This document shows positions 28,296 to 37,529 of a stretch of 64,000 nt of DNA, one piece after another. Location: assembly GCA_963662315.1 (NCBI GenBank), contig OY759353.1, positions 1,280,001 through 1,344,000 on the forward strand. The letters run 5' to 3'. The number at the start of each line of letters is the position of its first letter. Within the stretch, counting starts at the first letter, position 1. The DNA is from Geopsychrobacteraceae bacterium. GTDB lineage: Bacteria; Desulfobacterota; Desulfuromonadia; Desulfuromonadales; Geopsychrobacteraceae. The translations under genes were made by a program, and so were the position numbers. Under the pieces are notes generated by a model. That model did not search any database. It saw only the letters and a list, made by a program, of their open reading frames with translations, and was not told the origin of the DNA.

Positions 28296-30065
28296 TCAGG
28301 CAGATGGGACACTGAGCTGTTGAGTAGCATTCGGTACTGTTTCATCAAGTTGTCCAGCGATCCTCAAGACCTCATCCATGGTGGTTATCCCCTGCCCGGC
28401 CAGCTGCAGCGCGCTATCAGCCAAGCTGAAGAAACTTTTGGATTGCTGGGCAAAAGCAGCAAAACTGGCACTGTCATTCCGCCGCAGCGCATCTGCCAGA
28501 TCAAATCCGATTTCGAGCAACTCAAAAATACCGATTCGGCCGCTATACCCGGTATTGTTACACAAGGGACAACCTCTCCCTTTGCGAAACCGTGTACCCG
28601 GAGCTATGGCAACTTTACCATGATAAGAAGCGAGCCAGCTCTGCACTCCTGGTTCCAGGTCATCATCCGCTTCACAAGAGCTACAAATACGTCGGACCAG
28701 GCGCTGAGCCAACACCGCGCGCAGCGAACTGGCGACAACATAGCCTTCGGTGCCCATTTCAATCAGGCGCAATGCGGTGCTGATGGAATCATTGGTATGC
28801 AGAGTCGAAAGCACCAGGTGACCGGTCATGGCGGCACGCAGGGCAATATCGCTGGTCTCCTTGTCCCGCATCTCACCGACCATGACAATATCAGGGTCCT
28901 GACGCAATCCGGCACGCAGCACCCTGGCAAAGTCGAGACCGATTTTCGGATGAACCTGAACCTGATTGATGCGTGGCAGACGGTATTCAACCGGGTCCTC
29001 AACGGTGATAATCTTTTTTTCCTGCCTGTTGAGTTCGTTTAAAGCACCATACAGTGTTGTTGTTTTACCACTTCCGGTTGGCCCGGTAACCAGCACCAGA
29101 CCATGGGGCTGATGCAACTGCCGACGAAAACGGGCCAACAAAGACGCATCCATGCCAACCTGCTCAAGCTGTAAAAGACCACCAGACTGATCAAGCAGAC
29201 GCATAACCACCGATTCGCCATATTGCAACGGCATGGTCGACAGACGGATATCGATACTACGCCCCTTGACACGCACATTAAAGCGTCCATCCTGCGGCAA
29301 GCGCCGCTCCGAGATATCCAGGCCACAAACAAGCTTGAGACGCGATACCAATGCCGGAGCGATGCGTTTTTCTTTCATCACCTGCTCATGCAGTATGCCA
29401 TCGATACGTTGACGGATACGCAGCACTTTTTCATCCGGCTCAATATGGATATCGGACGCACCAATCTGGACAGCATCTTCAAACAGGGAACGCAACAGAC
29501 GCACAACCGGCGCATCCTCAACAGCGGTTTCGGTCAGCAATTGCTCGAGAGTGCTGTCCCCCTGCGAAAGTTCTTCCCCCAATTCCTCAGCAATGGAGAC
29601 AATTTCCTGAGTCCGCCGATAGACCGTATCCAACGCTTTAAGCAATTCAGATTCAAAGACAACTGCAGGGCTTACCGGTTTTTTGAGGATTTTGGCCAGT
29701 TCGTCATAGGCATAAATATCCGTCGGATCAGCCATTCCAACCAGAAAGCGCTGGGGCTCCTGCTTAAGAACCATGGCCCGATAGCGCCGGGCCGCCGTTT
29801 CCGGTAGTAACCGTACCGTATCCGCATGGTAATTGTAGTGTTTCAGATCGATAAAGGGCAGGTTAAGCTGACTGGCAAGAAATTCATGAAACTGCTGTGA
29901 TGTAACCAACCCGAGATCAACCAGGGTGTTCCCGAGCTTACTGCCACTTTTTTTCTGCGCGGCAAGAGCGCTCATCAACTGTTCCTCGGTGATGATGCCG
30001 TTTTTAACCAGCAACTCACCAATTCTGATTTTCTTACGTGGCCCTGGAGCCGTATCAACCATCAT
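28296..30065 (-). CDS. mshE: MSHA extension ATPase (GspE/PilB family) with MshEN domain
   Basis: GPTGSGKTTT, TVEDPVE, LRQDPD, TGHLVLSTLH, CxxC pairs; N-terminal tandem RIGELLV..G.I....L..AL..Q motif. Confidence 0.93.
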   Translation of the reverse strand: MMVDTAPGPRKKIRIGELLVKNGIITEEQLMSALAAQKKSGSKLGNTLVDLGLVTSQQFHEFLASQLNLPFIDLKHYNYHADTVRLLPETAARRYRAMVLKQEPQRFLVGMADPTDIYAYDELAKILKKPVSPAVVFESELLKALDTVYRRTQEIVSIAEELGEELSQGDSTLEQLLTETAVEDAPVVRLLRSLFEDAVQIGASDIHIEPDEKVLRIRQRIDGILHEQVMKEKRIAPALVSRLKLVCGLDISERRLPQDGRFNVRVKGRSIDIRLSTMPLQYGESVVMRLLDQSGGLLQLEQVGMDASLLARFRRQLHQPHGLVLVTGPTGSGKTTTLYGALNELNRQEKKIITVEDPVEYRLPRINQVQVHPKIGLDFARVLRAGLRQDPDIVMVGEMRDKETSDIALRAAMTGHLVLSTLHTNDSISTALRLIEMGTEGYVVASSLRAVLAQRLVRRICSSCEADDDLEPGVQSWLASYHGKVAIAPGTRFRKGRGCPLCNNTGYSGRIGIFELLEIGFDLADALRRNDSASFAAFAQQSKSFFSLADSALQLAGQGITTMDEVLRIAGQLDETVPNATQQLSVPSA

Positions 30066-30085
30066 CGTAATAAGTCCCCTGAGTA

Positions 30086-31477
30086 CTAAAGCTGTTGTAG
30101 CCGCTGCCGTGCATAAACCTGCAGGTCGGCGCGTAACGTAGGCAACTGCAAGGCCGTTTGGTATGCGTTTCGAGCGATCGTGAGATCTCGGATCTGATCG
30201 GCACACAGCGCCAGGCCAAACCACCAGGTCGCATTGGCAGGTTGAACCTGCACCAAGTTCTGATAGGTTTTCAAAGCCGACTGATATTGCCCGGCATCGT
30301 GATAAAGAACCGCCAGTAATGCATAATATTCCTGATCCCGAGCCAGCTCTGGTTGCGGTGCTGCGCTTAACAGAGCTATCGCCTGATCAAAATCCTTATC
30401 AGTCATCAACTGACGTGCCAGTAACTTGCGTAATACTGGATCTTCCGGGGTCAACTCCAACCCCTGATGCAATACCTGGGCAGCTTCCGGCATCTGATGC
30501 TGCTGTTGCAATAGTCCGATCAACTGCATTCTGGCATCTATAAGTTCAGGACGCTCCTTAAGAGCCTGATAAAAACTGTCTTTTGCCGCCCGCATCTGCC
30601 CCTGGGTAAGTTGCCGCAAACCAGCCCGGTAAGCACTGACTCCAGGTTCAACCTTAACAGTGACCTTGTCAATTTTAGCTCCAGTGCTTGCTGTTTTTTC
30701 TGAGACCGATTGAACCGGCATCGATTCCGTAATAGCAGCCTTTGTCGTTACGGGAACAGACGTTTCAGGCGCTTTTGGCAGTGCTTTTGAGGGTAAACCT
30801 TCATTATCAGACTGTTTAATGGTGATCGTTAATAAAAATTCGGTGGCACTGGTCCGCGTTTGCACGGCATCGATAATCCCCTCTCGCTTCAGATCCACCA
30901 GCAGCTGGAGTGCATTATTCCCCGGCTTGAGACTGAATTCTTTTAGCAGACTGGCACTGGCAAAATCCGGCACCGTTAAACGGCGACCGATGATGGCAGT
31001 TGGAAAAGTAATCACCAGGCGCTTATTGCCGTCGTTATTCTGGTCAAGGCGATATTCCGGAATCGTTGAAAAATGCAGCTTAAAAACCAGCATATCCGGC
31101 TCAGCAACCAGATCGAGAGCTGACAATTCAAGAGCTGTTTCTACCACAGGAGTAGCAGACGTATGCGTACTCGAAGATTCTGCGGCCGGAAGAGTATCAA
31201 CAACCGGTGCCTCAGCAACGTCTTCGCGCTGCTGAACCTCGGCGAAACTCGGCTGAACGGCAACACGAGAGACAGTTTCTGGTGCCGGCTCGGACTTCAA
31301 CTTAGAATACAAAAAGAAACTGCTTACGCTTCCGACCAAAACCAGACAACAGAGGACAATCACCACTCGGCGCCTGTTTTTTCCATCAGCAAACACTGCA
31401 GCAGCCGCTTGATCCCAATTGGGCTTGTGATCGCCTCGTTGTTCAAGGTCGCGCAACATGTCATTAATCAGGCTCAT
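30086..31477 (-). CDS. mshN: MSHA biogenesis protein MshN (TPR, AMIN-like middle region)
   Basis: MSLINDMLRDLEQR N-terminus; C-terminal TPRs 'WWFGLAL...A..AY..AL...YARQRLQQL'. Confidence 0.82.
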   Translation of the reverse strand: MSLINDMLRDLEQRGDHKPNWDQAAAAVFADGKNRRRVVIVLCCLVLVGSVSSFFLYSKLKSEPAPETVSRVAVQPSFAEVQQREDVAEAPVVDTLPAAESSSTHTSATPVVETALELSALDLVAEPDMLVFKLHFSTIPEYRLDQNNDGNKRLVITFPTAIIGRRLTVPDFASASLLKEFSLKPGNNALQLLVDLKREGIIDAVQTRTSATEFLLTITIKQSDNEGLPSKALPKAPETSVPVTTKAAITESMPVQSVSEKTASTGAKIDKVTVKVEPGVSAYRAGLRQLTQGQMRAAKDSFYQALKERPELIDARMQLIGLLQQQHQMPEAAQVLHQGLELTPEDPVLRKLLARQLMTDKDFDQAIALLSAAPQPELARDQEYYALLAVLYHDAGQYQSALKTYQNLVQVQPANATWWFGLALCADQIRDLTIARNAYQTALQLPTLRADLQVYARQRLQQL

Positions 31478-32382
31478 TGCATTCCCTTCAGAATCCACAA
31501 CGTCAATATGGCTACCACCACAACCAAACCACACTCCAAGGCATATCTACGCCCGAAGTCTGCCCCATACCCAGACAGACCTGGGGTATCAGCAATCGCT
31601 CTTTTGACGAAAGATGCTGATATATGGGGAGCACCTTTCCCGTAAGCGGCAAGTAATGCCTTATTGGCCAGCAAATTCACCAGGCGGGGAACCCCGCCAC
31701 TGGCACGATGCAACAACCGACTGGCCCGGGAACTAAAAAGTCGCCTTCCCTGATACCCCGCAATTTTGAGACGATGATCAAGATAGGCAGACACTTCTCG
31801 CCGGGACAATTTTTTCAGTTCATACACAAAAGTGATCCGCTGGCGCAGCTGACGTAATTCAGACGTAGCAAGCCGCTGTTCAAATTCAGGCTGGGCAAAA
31901 AACACGATGTGTAGAAGTTTATCTTTTTCAGATTCAAGGTTACTCAACAGACGTAGCGCCTCAAGACTCTGGTACGGCATGGCCTGAGCTTCATCAATCA
32001 GGACCACGACCTGCTGATCGGTCTTTTTCAATTCAACCAGCTTGGCAAATATCGCTAAACACAGCTGCTGGAGTGTCGCCTCGGCATCGGTCTGCAGCCC
32101 CAGCTCAGAGCTTATCGCCTGGTACAGCTCCAAAGGCGTCAGTAAAGGGTTGGGTAGATAGGCGATAACACAATCATTCTCAAGCACCTTGATAACCTGC
32201 CGGCACAGAAGGGTCTTTCCCGTACCGACCTCGCCACTGACCCGCATGAAACCTTCACCATTGCGCAAGGCCACCAGCAGCACATTCAACGCCTCCTGAT
32301 GCCCGCTGAACCGATAAAGGTATTCCGTATCAGGAGTCAGCGAAAAAGGCTTTTCTTTAAGGCCAAAAAACGTTTCATACAT
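31474..32382 (-). CDS. mshM: MSHA biogenesis ATPase MshM (ExeA family)
   Basis: MYETFFGLKEKPFSLTPD, GEVGTGKT, IDEAQ, LRLLSNLE, LRQLRQRI, SGGVPRLVN. Confidence 0.9.
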   Translation of the reverse strand: MYETFFGLKEKPFSLTPDTEYLYRFSGHQEALNVLLVALRNGEGFMRVSGEVGTGKTLLCRQVIKVLENDCVIAYLPNPLLTPLELYQAISSELGLQTDAEATLQQLCLAIFAKLVELKKTDQQVVVLIDEAQAMPYQSLEALRLLSNLESEKDKLLHIVFFAQPEFEQRLATSELRQLRQRITFVYELKKLSRREVSAYLDHRLKIAGYQGRRLFSSRASRLLHRASGGVPRLVNLLANKALLAAYGKGAPHISASFVKRAIADTPGLSGYGADFGRRYALECGLVVVVAILTLWILKGMQ

Positions 32383-32406
32383 GCGCTATTCGCACCTGAG
32401 TAAGTA

Positions 32407-34131
32407 TTAAAATGAGCGCCACTGTTGTTGAAGTTCCGGCGCCAATTTCTGAATCCGTTGACGCGTTGCATCCAGATGACTATTCCACCCCTGTTGATCT
32501 GAAATCACCTGAGGCCTTAACAGGATTACCAGCTCACTTTTTCTTGATGAGGTTTGATTGTGACGAAACAAGGCCCCCAGCCCGGGTAGCTTGCTGAGCA
32601 GCGGTACCCCGGCTTCATCCTGGGTTGAATTCTCCTGCATCAGACCGCCGATGACGACCAGTTGGCCGCTGCTGGCATGGACAATACTGTCAGATTCACG
32701 CACCGTGCTGTACGCAAGTGGAATCGTCTGCTCGCTGCCAAACACATTGATTTCTTTAGTCTGATCAACAACTTCGCTGACCGTCGGATGCACATGCAGG
32801 GTAATCTGGTTATCCCCATCAATCTGAGGCGTTACATCGAGAGCGATCCCTGAAAAGAACGGGGTCAGAGTAATATCATTAGAGGTTGTTGTCGTGGTCC
32901 CGGAATTAGTATCACTGGAAATATCGGTCACGAAAAATTCATCCGACCCAACCTTGATGACCGCTTTCTGATTATTTACGGTAGAAATTCGCGGGCTTGA
33001 TAAAACCTGAACATCCCCCTGGCTTTCCAGCATTTCAACAAAAGCCTGAAAATCGTTGAAGTTAAGCGCCATCCCAAAGACACCGCCAAAAGAAGAGGTG
33101 TCAACAATGCTAGCCAGGCCAGCGTTGGCAACGGCATTAAGATCGGTAGTATTAACACTGTTGCCAGAGGCACCTCTGCCAAAAATCGTGCCCCCGCCTG
33201 ACTGCCCGGCCAAAATACCTTTACCACTGGCTGTTTTGCCCAGAGCAGCCCAGTTAATACCACTTTGAAAGCCATCCGAAAGAGTGACTTCGACAACTTT
33301 TGCCTCAATCAGAACCTGGCGTTGCAAATTCGCCTGAATCGTATGCAGATAGTCTTCGACCAAGCGTAATTCATCAGGCATCGCAACGACTACGACAACA
33401 CTGGCCTGAGGTTGAACAACCACCCTCCGCCCTTCTCCACTACCGACCAGGCTCTGGACAGCGGTACGCAGCTCACTCCAGAAATCGGCCACAGATTCAG
33501 TATCTATCTGACTGCCGGATGCCGCATCTGTCCGTTCGGAACTTTTACGTCCACCGTCACCCTTGGAATCACTGGTATCTGCCTGAGTTATCTGCCCGGA
33601 ACTAACCCGTGTCTGACTGGCGCCTTTGCGCACCAGATTAAGGTAATTGACCTGAAAAGTACGCGCCTGCAAACCTGCAGGCATAACCTGATAAATTGAT
33701 CCGGTCTTGGTAAACGAATACCCATAGACGTTATGGATAACCTGCAGGACCTCGTCAATCGTGGTGTTTTTCAGATCAACACTGATTTCACCCGACACAT
33801 CAGGATGCACAACCATATTCATCGGACTGCCGGCTACCAGTCCCATAAAAAATTCACGGGCGGCAACTTTGGACGCAGCAATATCAAAACGTTCAGCTTC
33901 AGGAGCAACCACCCCCAACTGAGGTTCTGGAATAAGAGCGGCACTGATCGATGGTGGTGGAGCGATCGATGCTGGCAACGCAGGAGCCTCACTGTTACTC
34001 GTCTGCAGCGATTGTTCGATAGCAGCCTGAGGGGTACCACCACGCGGAACAGGAGCGCAGGCCGAAACCAGGGACATGATGCCAAGCAGCGCCATAACAG
34101 CCGGTCTTTTACAATTGAATTTATGACTCAC
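32407..34131 (-). CDS. mshL: MSHA secretin MshL
   Basis: Lipobox SAC; 'QVLIEAKVVEV.L', 'LSSPRISTVNNQKAVIKVG.DEFFVT', 'TPFFSGIALDVTPQI', 'KSELVILLRP'. Confidence 0.93.
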   Translation of the reverse strand: MSHKFNCKRPAVMALLGIMSLVSACAPVPRGGTPQAAIEQSLQTSNSEAPALPASIAPPPSISAALIPEPQLGVVAPEAERFDIAASKVAAREFFMGLVAGSPMNMVVHPDVSGEISVDLKNTTIDEVLQVIHNVYGYSFTKTGSIYQVMPAGLQARTFQVNYLNLVRKGASQTRVSSGQITQADTSDSKGDGGRKSSERTDAASGSQIDTESVADFWSELRTAVQSLVGSGEGRRVVVQPQASVVVVVAMPDELRLVEDYLHTIQANLQRQVLIEAKVVEVTLSDGFQSGINWAALGKTASGKGILAGQSGGGTIFGRGASGNSVNTTDLNAVANAGLASIVDTSSFGGVFGMALNFNDFQAFVEMLESQGDVQVLSSPRISTVNNQKAVIKVGSDEFFVTDISSDTNSGTTTTTSNDITLTPFFSGIALDVTPQIDGDNQITLHVHPTVSEVVDQTKEINVFGSEQTIPLAYSTVRESDSIVHASSGQLVVIGGLMQENSTQDEAGVPLLSKLPGLGALFRHNQTSSRKSELVILLRPQVISDQQGWNSHLDATRQRIQKLAPELQQQWRSF

Positions 34132-34493
34132 TTCCCGTTCCCTTCTGTAGCAGATTTTTTTCTTAGTCCGGTTCCTTCGCGGGTTAATACGATCTCCCTC
34201 TGCCCCTTCCTCAACACCACACGATCAGCTTTGATACTGGTCAGGCGAAAGCCCTGCAGATAATCCCCCTCTTTAAGCGCCTGCCCGTTTACCAATGCCA
34301 CTGTACGCGATGCAGAGGACAGTACGGCTGACAATGTCCAGCCACTTGTGTCGACAGGCGGTGGAGCAACCTGCTTCTTAACCTTCTCAGGGTGATAATT
34401 CAGTGGCCGTAGCGGGTCACTGAATGTCTCTGCCGCCACGGACAAACCTCCGAGCAGAGAAAAAACCAATAAACATAGGAAAAAAACGCGCAT
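34128..34493 (-). CDS. mshK: MSHA biogenesis protein MshK
   Basis: Signal peptide; 'DPLRP', 'LSAVL....R.VALVNGQ....GD...G..L..I....V.L'. Confidence 0.75.
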   Translation of the reverse strand: MRVFFLCLLVFSLLGGLSVAAETFSDPLRPLNYHPEKVKKQVAPPPVDTSGWTLSAVLSSASRTVALVNGQALKEGDYLQGFRLTSIKADRVVLRKGQREIVLTREGTGLRKKSATEGNGK

Positions 34494-34494
34494 A

Positions 34495-35145
34495 TCAACC
34501 ACCAATCCACCCCTCAGTCAGGCTAAGGGTATAAACCTGCATATGTATAAATGCCTTCGGGTAATCCTCGGTTTCAATTTCAACAGTCTCCCAAACCACT
34601 GAACGGGGCAGATTCTGTAATTGCGCAAGGTAATCAAGTAAAGCACGATAGTTCCCGGAAAGTTCCATTTCAAGGCGATGCTTATAAAGTTTAGGGCGCT
34701 CCTTGTTATTATCAGCAGCACCCAGATCCACCAGAGCCGGGCTGAGATTTCGCAGACTGACTAAGGTCAAGGATTTTTGCTGTCCCAGCAGATCTTTTAA
34801 AAGCGGAACCATCTGCTGAGGAGAAACCAGGTTGGCAATATTGCTTTCAAGTTGCTGCTGTAATCGATTTAATTCAGATTGCAGTTGATCAATACGTTGT
34901 CGTTGCTTCTGATCAGGATCTGTCTGACGGCGCGCCAGAATGATTGTTTCCTGGCTGGCAAGATCGGCCATGCTCTGCTGAATTTCAGCTAATTGCCGAT
35001 TGACTTCATGCTGCCGCTTAAGTTGAGGGTCAATAATTAAAAGATAACTTACCAGAATCAAGACCATGGCCAAAGCCAGGGCCACGATTATCCGTTCGCG
35101 CAACGTCCGGCTATTAAACCAGTTACAAAGGGAGGCTCTCTGCAT
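34495..35145 (-). CDS. mshJ: MSHA biogenesis protein MshJ (PilO/GspM-like)
   Basis: 'RER' followed by a TM helix and coiled coil; 'LVSPQQM..LL', 'LYKH.LE.EL.G.Y..L..YL..L', 'VYTLSL..GW'. Confidence 0.82.
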   Translation of the reverse strand: MQRASLCNWFNSRTLRERIIVALALAMVLILVSYLLIIDPQLKRQHEVNRQLAEIQQSMADLASQETIILARRQTDPDQKQRQRIDQLQSELNRLQQQLESNIANLVSPQQMVPLLKDLLGQQKSLTLVSLRNLSPALVDLGAADNNKERPKLYKHRLEMELSGNYRALLDYLAQLQNLPRSVVWETVEIETEDYPKAFIHMQVYTLSLTEGWIGG

Positions 35146-35747
35146 TATTTGCTCCCATCCGCACTTAAAATAAAGTTGACTGCTTGTTTCGATTCAGCAG
35201 AACGGGCAATCGTTAAACCATCAAAAACAGCTCCGCCAAAAACATGATTTTCACCAAGAAGAGCAACAAATTCAGGAATCTTTAGCTCGTTAAGAGCAGA
35301 ACCAGCCAGAGTAACCTGCTGGCCTTGGTCTGCCAGGGCAACCCGGGTCAGCCACAACCCTGTAACTTGCTTATGAGCTAATCCCTGTAAGGACCTGAGA
35401 ATAAAATCGTTAGCAGTGCCTTGCTGGTTGGCAAAAAAACTCAGGGCTTCTTTCTGCCCGATCAATTGTTGTTCGAGATGTTCAATTTTTTCAGTCATCA
35501 GCGGATTTGGCTGTCGCTCAGGAAATTGAGCCTGAAGTTCAGCAACCTGGGCCCGCTTGTCCACCTCGTGCTGCCGGGCACTATCCAGATGGCTTAACGC
35601 ATTAGAGGTGCGCCAATAGCTGTAACCACAAGCACTACCAGCAACAACCACGACCAGAAAAATAACTTTTACTGCCATGGAGAATGGAAACGGGGCAGGC
35701 TTATCGATCAGGATATCCTGATAAAGATTAATGTCCTGACTCATCAA
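35145..35747 (-). CDS. PilN-domain MSHA protein (MshI2)
   Basis: 'QDINLY', TM helix, 'GLWLT.V', 'LAGSAL....IP'. Confidence 0.75.
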   Translation of the reverse strand: MMSQDINLYQDILIDKPAPFPFSMAVKVIFLVVVVAGSACGYSYWRTSNALSHLDSARQHEVDKRAQVAELQAQFPERQPNPLMTEKIEHLEQQLIGQKEALSFFANQQGTANDFILRSLQGLAHKQVTGLWLTRVALADQGQQVTLAGSALNELKIPEFVALLGENHVFGGAVFDGLTIARSAESKQAVNFILSADGSK

Positions 35748-36688
35748 AGCAGCTCCCGGCGCATCGCGCCACCGATAGCAAGCAATACCCGGTTAAGATC
35801 CGTCTCAGCAAGACCTGTAGGAATTTCAACAAAATCTGCTGGCCGGAAGGACTCCACCCTGGTCGCCAGATATTCATTCAAATAGTGGCAGATTGCGGGT
35901 ATTTCTGTACCACATTGTGCCACCAGCAACCGCGACACCATAGGTAACAGAAAAGTACTCTCACAGAAATCGAAAGAGCGTTGAACTTCCAGAACGATAG
36001 CATCGAGCTGTTCAGACAGTGCTTCGTAATCACCCTCAGCGTAAGGCTCCAGGTCTTTCATACCAATACCGAATGAACGCGCCAGATATAATTGTCCATC
36101 CCGAACGATAGCCAACATCCCCTCGCTGGCGGCTAACCACAACAACGCAGTGCCACGCTCATCATTAACGCAGCAGCGACACAGATTACGTAGCGAAAAT
36201 TCAGGGATATCAATGGCTGTCAAAGACAATCCAGCATCTTTAAACAACTGGACATAATATTTCAGCGCTGAAGCTCGTGAAGCAACGACATAATTAAGTG
36301 TTTTCCGATCCCCGGCAAAAGGAGCAACGTCAAACACATCAACAACTGCTTCCGCAGAAGGATAATCAAGATTATCCCTGATCTGCCAGCGTGCTGCATC
36401 ACGCTGGTCAGCACCATCAAGGCCATCAAGATCAGCTTGGAACAATTGATAAGAATTCGGTATGAGAATAACACTGCATGGGTATTGGGCAAGATCATAC
36501 TTACGCAGCACCACCTGCAACCAAGAGGCATGAGCTGAACGTCCTTCAAAATTACAGGATTCAGCAAAGATAATGGCAGGCTTCTGGCCGGACTGATAAC
36601 GCATACCGACAATACAACCCTGCTCCTTTGACAGCATAACTGCAACCCGTGCATCTGCAGATTGACGTTTTTTCTTGAACAGAGCCAG
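35744..36688 (-). CDS. mshI: MSHA biogenesis protein MshI (PilM-like); probable CTG start
   Basis: 'YQLFQ', 'AARWQI.D.LDYP', 'AIDIPE.SLRN', 'LYLAR', 'LEVQRSFD'; frame extends upstream to CTG at 36688 behind GGGAGG (ORF track starts at ATG 36637). Confidence 0.82.
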   Translation of the reverse strand: MALFKKKRQSADARVAVMLSKEQGCIVGMRYQSGQKPAIIFAESCNFEGRSAHASWLQVVLRKYDLAQYPCSVILIPNSYQLFQADLDGLDGADQRDAARWQIRDNLDYPSAEAVVDVFDVAPFAGDRKTLNYVVASRASALKYYVQLFKDAGLSLTAIDIPEFSLRNLCRCCVNDERGTALLWLAASEGMLAIVRDGQLYLARSFGIGMKDLEPYAEGDYEALSEQLDAIVLEVQRSFDFCESTFLLPMVSRLLVAQCGTEIPAICHYLNEYLATRVESFRPADFVEIPTGLAETDLNRVLLAIGGAMRRELL

Positions 36689-36717
36689 AACAGCCTCCCA
36701 TGCATTCTTTAATGATC

Positions 36718-36733
36718 GCTAATATTATGCCAA
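36718..36733 (-). promoter_or_regulatory. Sigma54 (-24/-12) promoter of the msh operon
   Basis: Minus strand TTGGCATAATATTAGC, exact GG-N10-GC spacing. Confidence 0.7.
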
Positions 36734-36763
36734 ATTAAACCTTATTATCCCTTAAGAATCAAC

Positions 36764-36792
36764 AAAAAAAAGGTAGCCGAAGCTACCTTTTT
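36764..36792 (-). terminator. Intrinsic terminator after the peroxiredoxin gene
   Basis: AAAAAGGTAGC-CGAA-GCTACCTTTTT with flanking A/T tracts. Confidence 0.75.
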
Positions 36793-36838
36793 AATAGAAA
36801 TTTTACGATTTTAACTTTTGTTTATAGTGTTTAATCAA

Positions 36839-37441
36839 CTAGAGATTAGATGATTCTGACGCCAAATAGGACGCAACCCCTGCCCCATCTGCAACCATAC
36901 CTTTATCCCCCTGAGTCCACCCAGCAGGACAGACCTCGCCATATTTTTCGTGAAACTGTAATGCATCGACCATACGCAACATTTCATCAATATTCCGGCC
37001 CAAGGGCAAATCATTGACAACCTGATGTCTTACCACACCAGACTGATCGATCAGAAAGGAGCCACGCAACGCCACTCCGGCAGGATCAAGTTCAACATCA
37101 TAAGCTTTACAAATTTCATGTTTAACATCTGCAACCAGCGGATATTTTACCGGGCCGATCCCGCCTTCGGCAACCGGAGTATTACGCCAGGCCAGATGCG
37201 TAAACTGAGAGTCAATGGAGCATCCAATAACCTGAACATCGCGCTTTTCAAACTCAGCAATCCGATTACTGAAAGCAATCAGTTCGGTTGGACAGACAAA
37301 AGTAAAATCGAGGGGATAGAAAAACAGGACAATATATTTACCCTTGTAGTCAGACAGGGAAAAAACATCATTAATTGAACCGTCAGCCATGGCTGCAGCA
37401 GCAGTAAAGTTGGGGGCTTCTTTTCCGACCAGTACACTCAT
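36839..37441 (-). CDS. ahpC: 2-Cys peroxiredoxin (AhpC/TSA)
   Basis: FFYPLDFTFVCPTE and GEVCPAGW; GAGGAG RBS. Confidence 0.93.
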   Translation of the reverse strand: MSVLVGKEAPNFTAAAAMADGSINDVFSLSDYKGKYIVLFFYPLDFTFVCPTELIAFSNRIAEFEKRDVQVIGCSIDSQFTHLAWRNTPVAEGGIGPVKYPLVADVKHEICKAYDVELDPAGVALRGSFLIDQSGVVRHQVVNDLPLGRNIDEMLRMVDALQFHEKYGEVCPAGWTQGDKGMVADGAGVASYLASESSNL

Positions 37442-37529
37442 TTTCAAAAACTCCTCTCAATAGATGACGTTATAAGTAAGATTTACATGCAGTCTACAGA
37501 AATGACCAATACAGTCAAGCAAAAGATGA

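Noticed and set aside
36708..36735. Possible dif/Xer site at the edge of the msh cluster (TTATGCCAAAT resembles a XerD arm; xerC is nearby)
   Set aside because: No XerC-arm match at the 6-bp spacing; the same bases are better explained as the minus-strand sigma54 promoter
36690..36840. c-di-GMP/cGAMP (GEMM) riboswitch ahead of the pilus operon
   Set aside because: No GGYAAAC...GAAA...GACGCAAAG pattern, and the predicted leader is only about 20 nt
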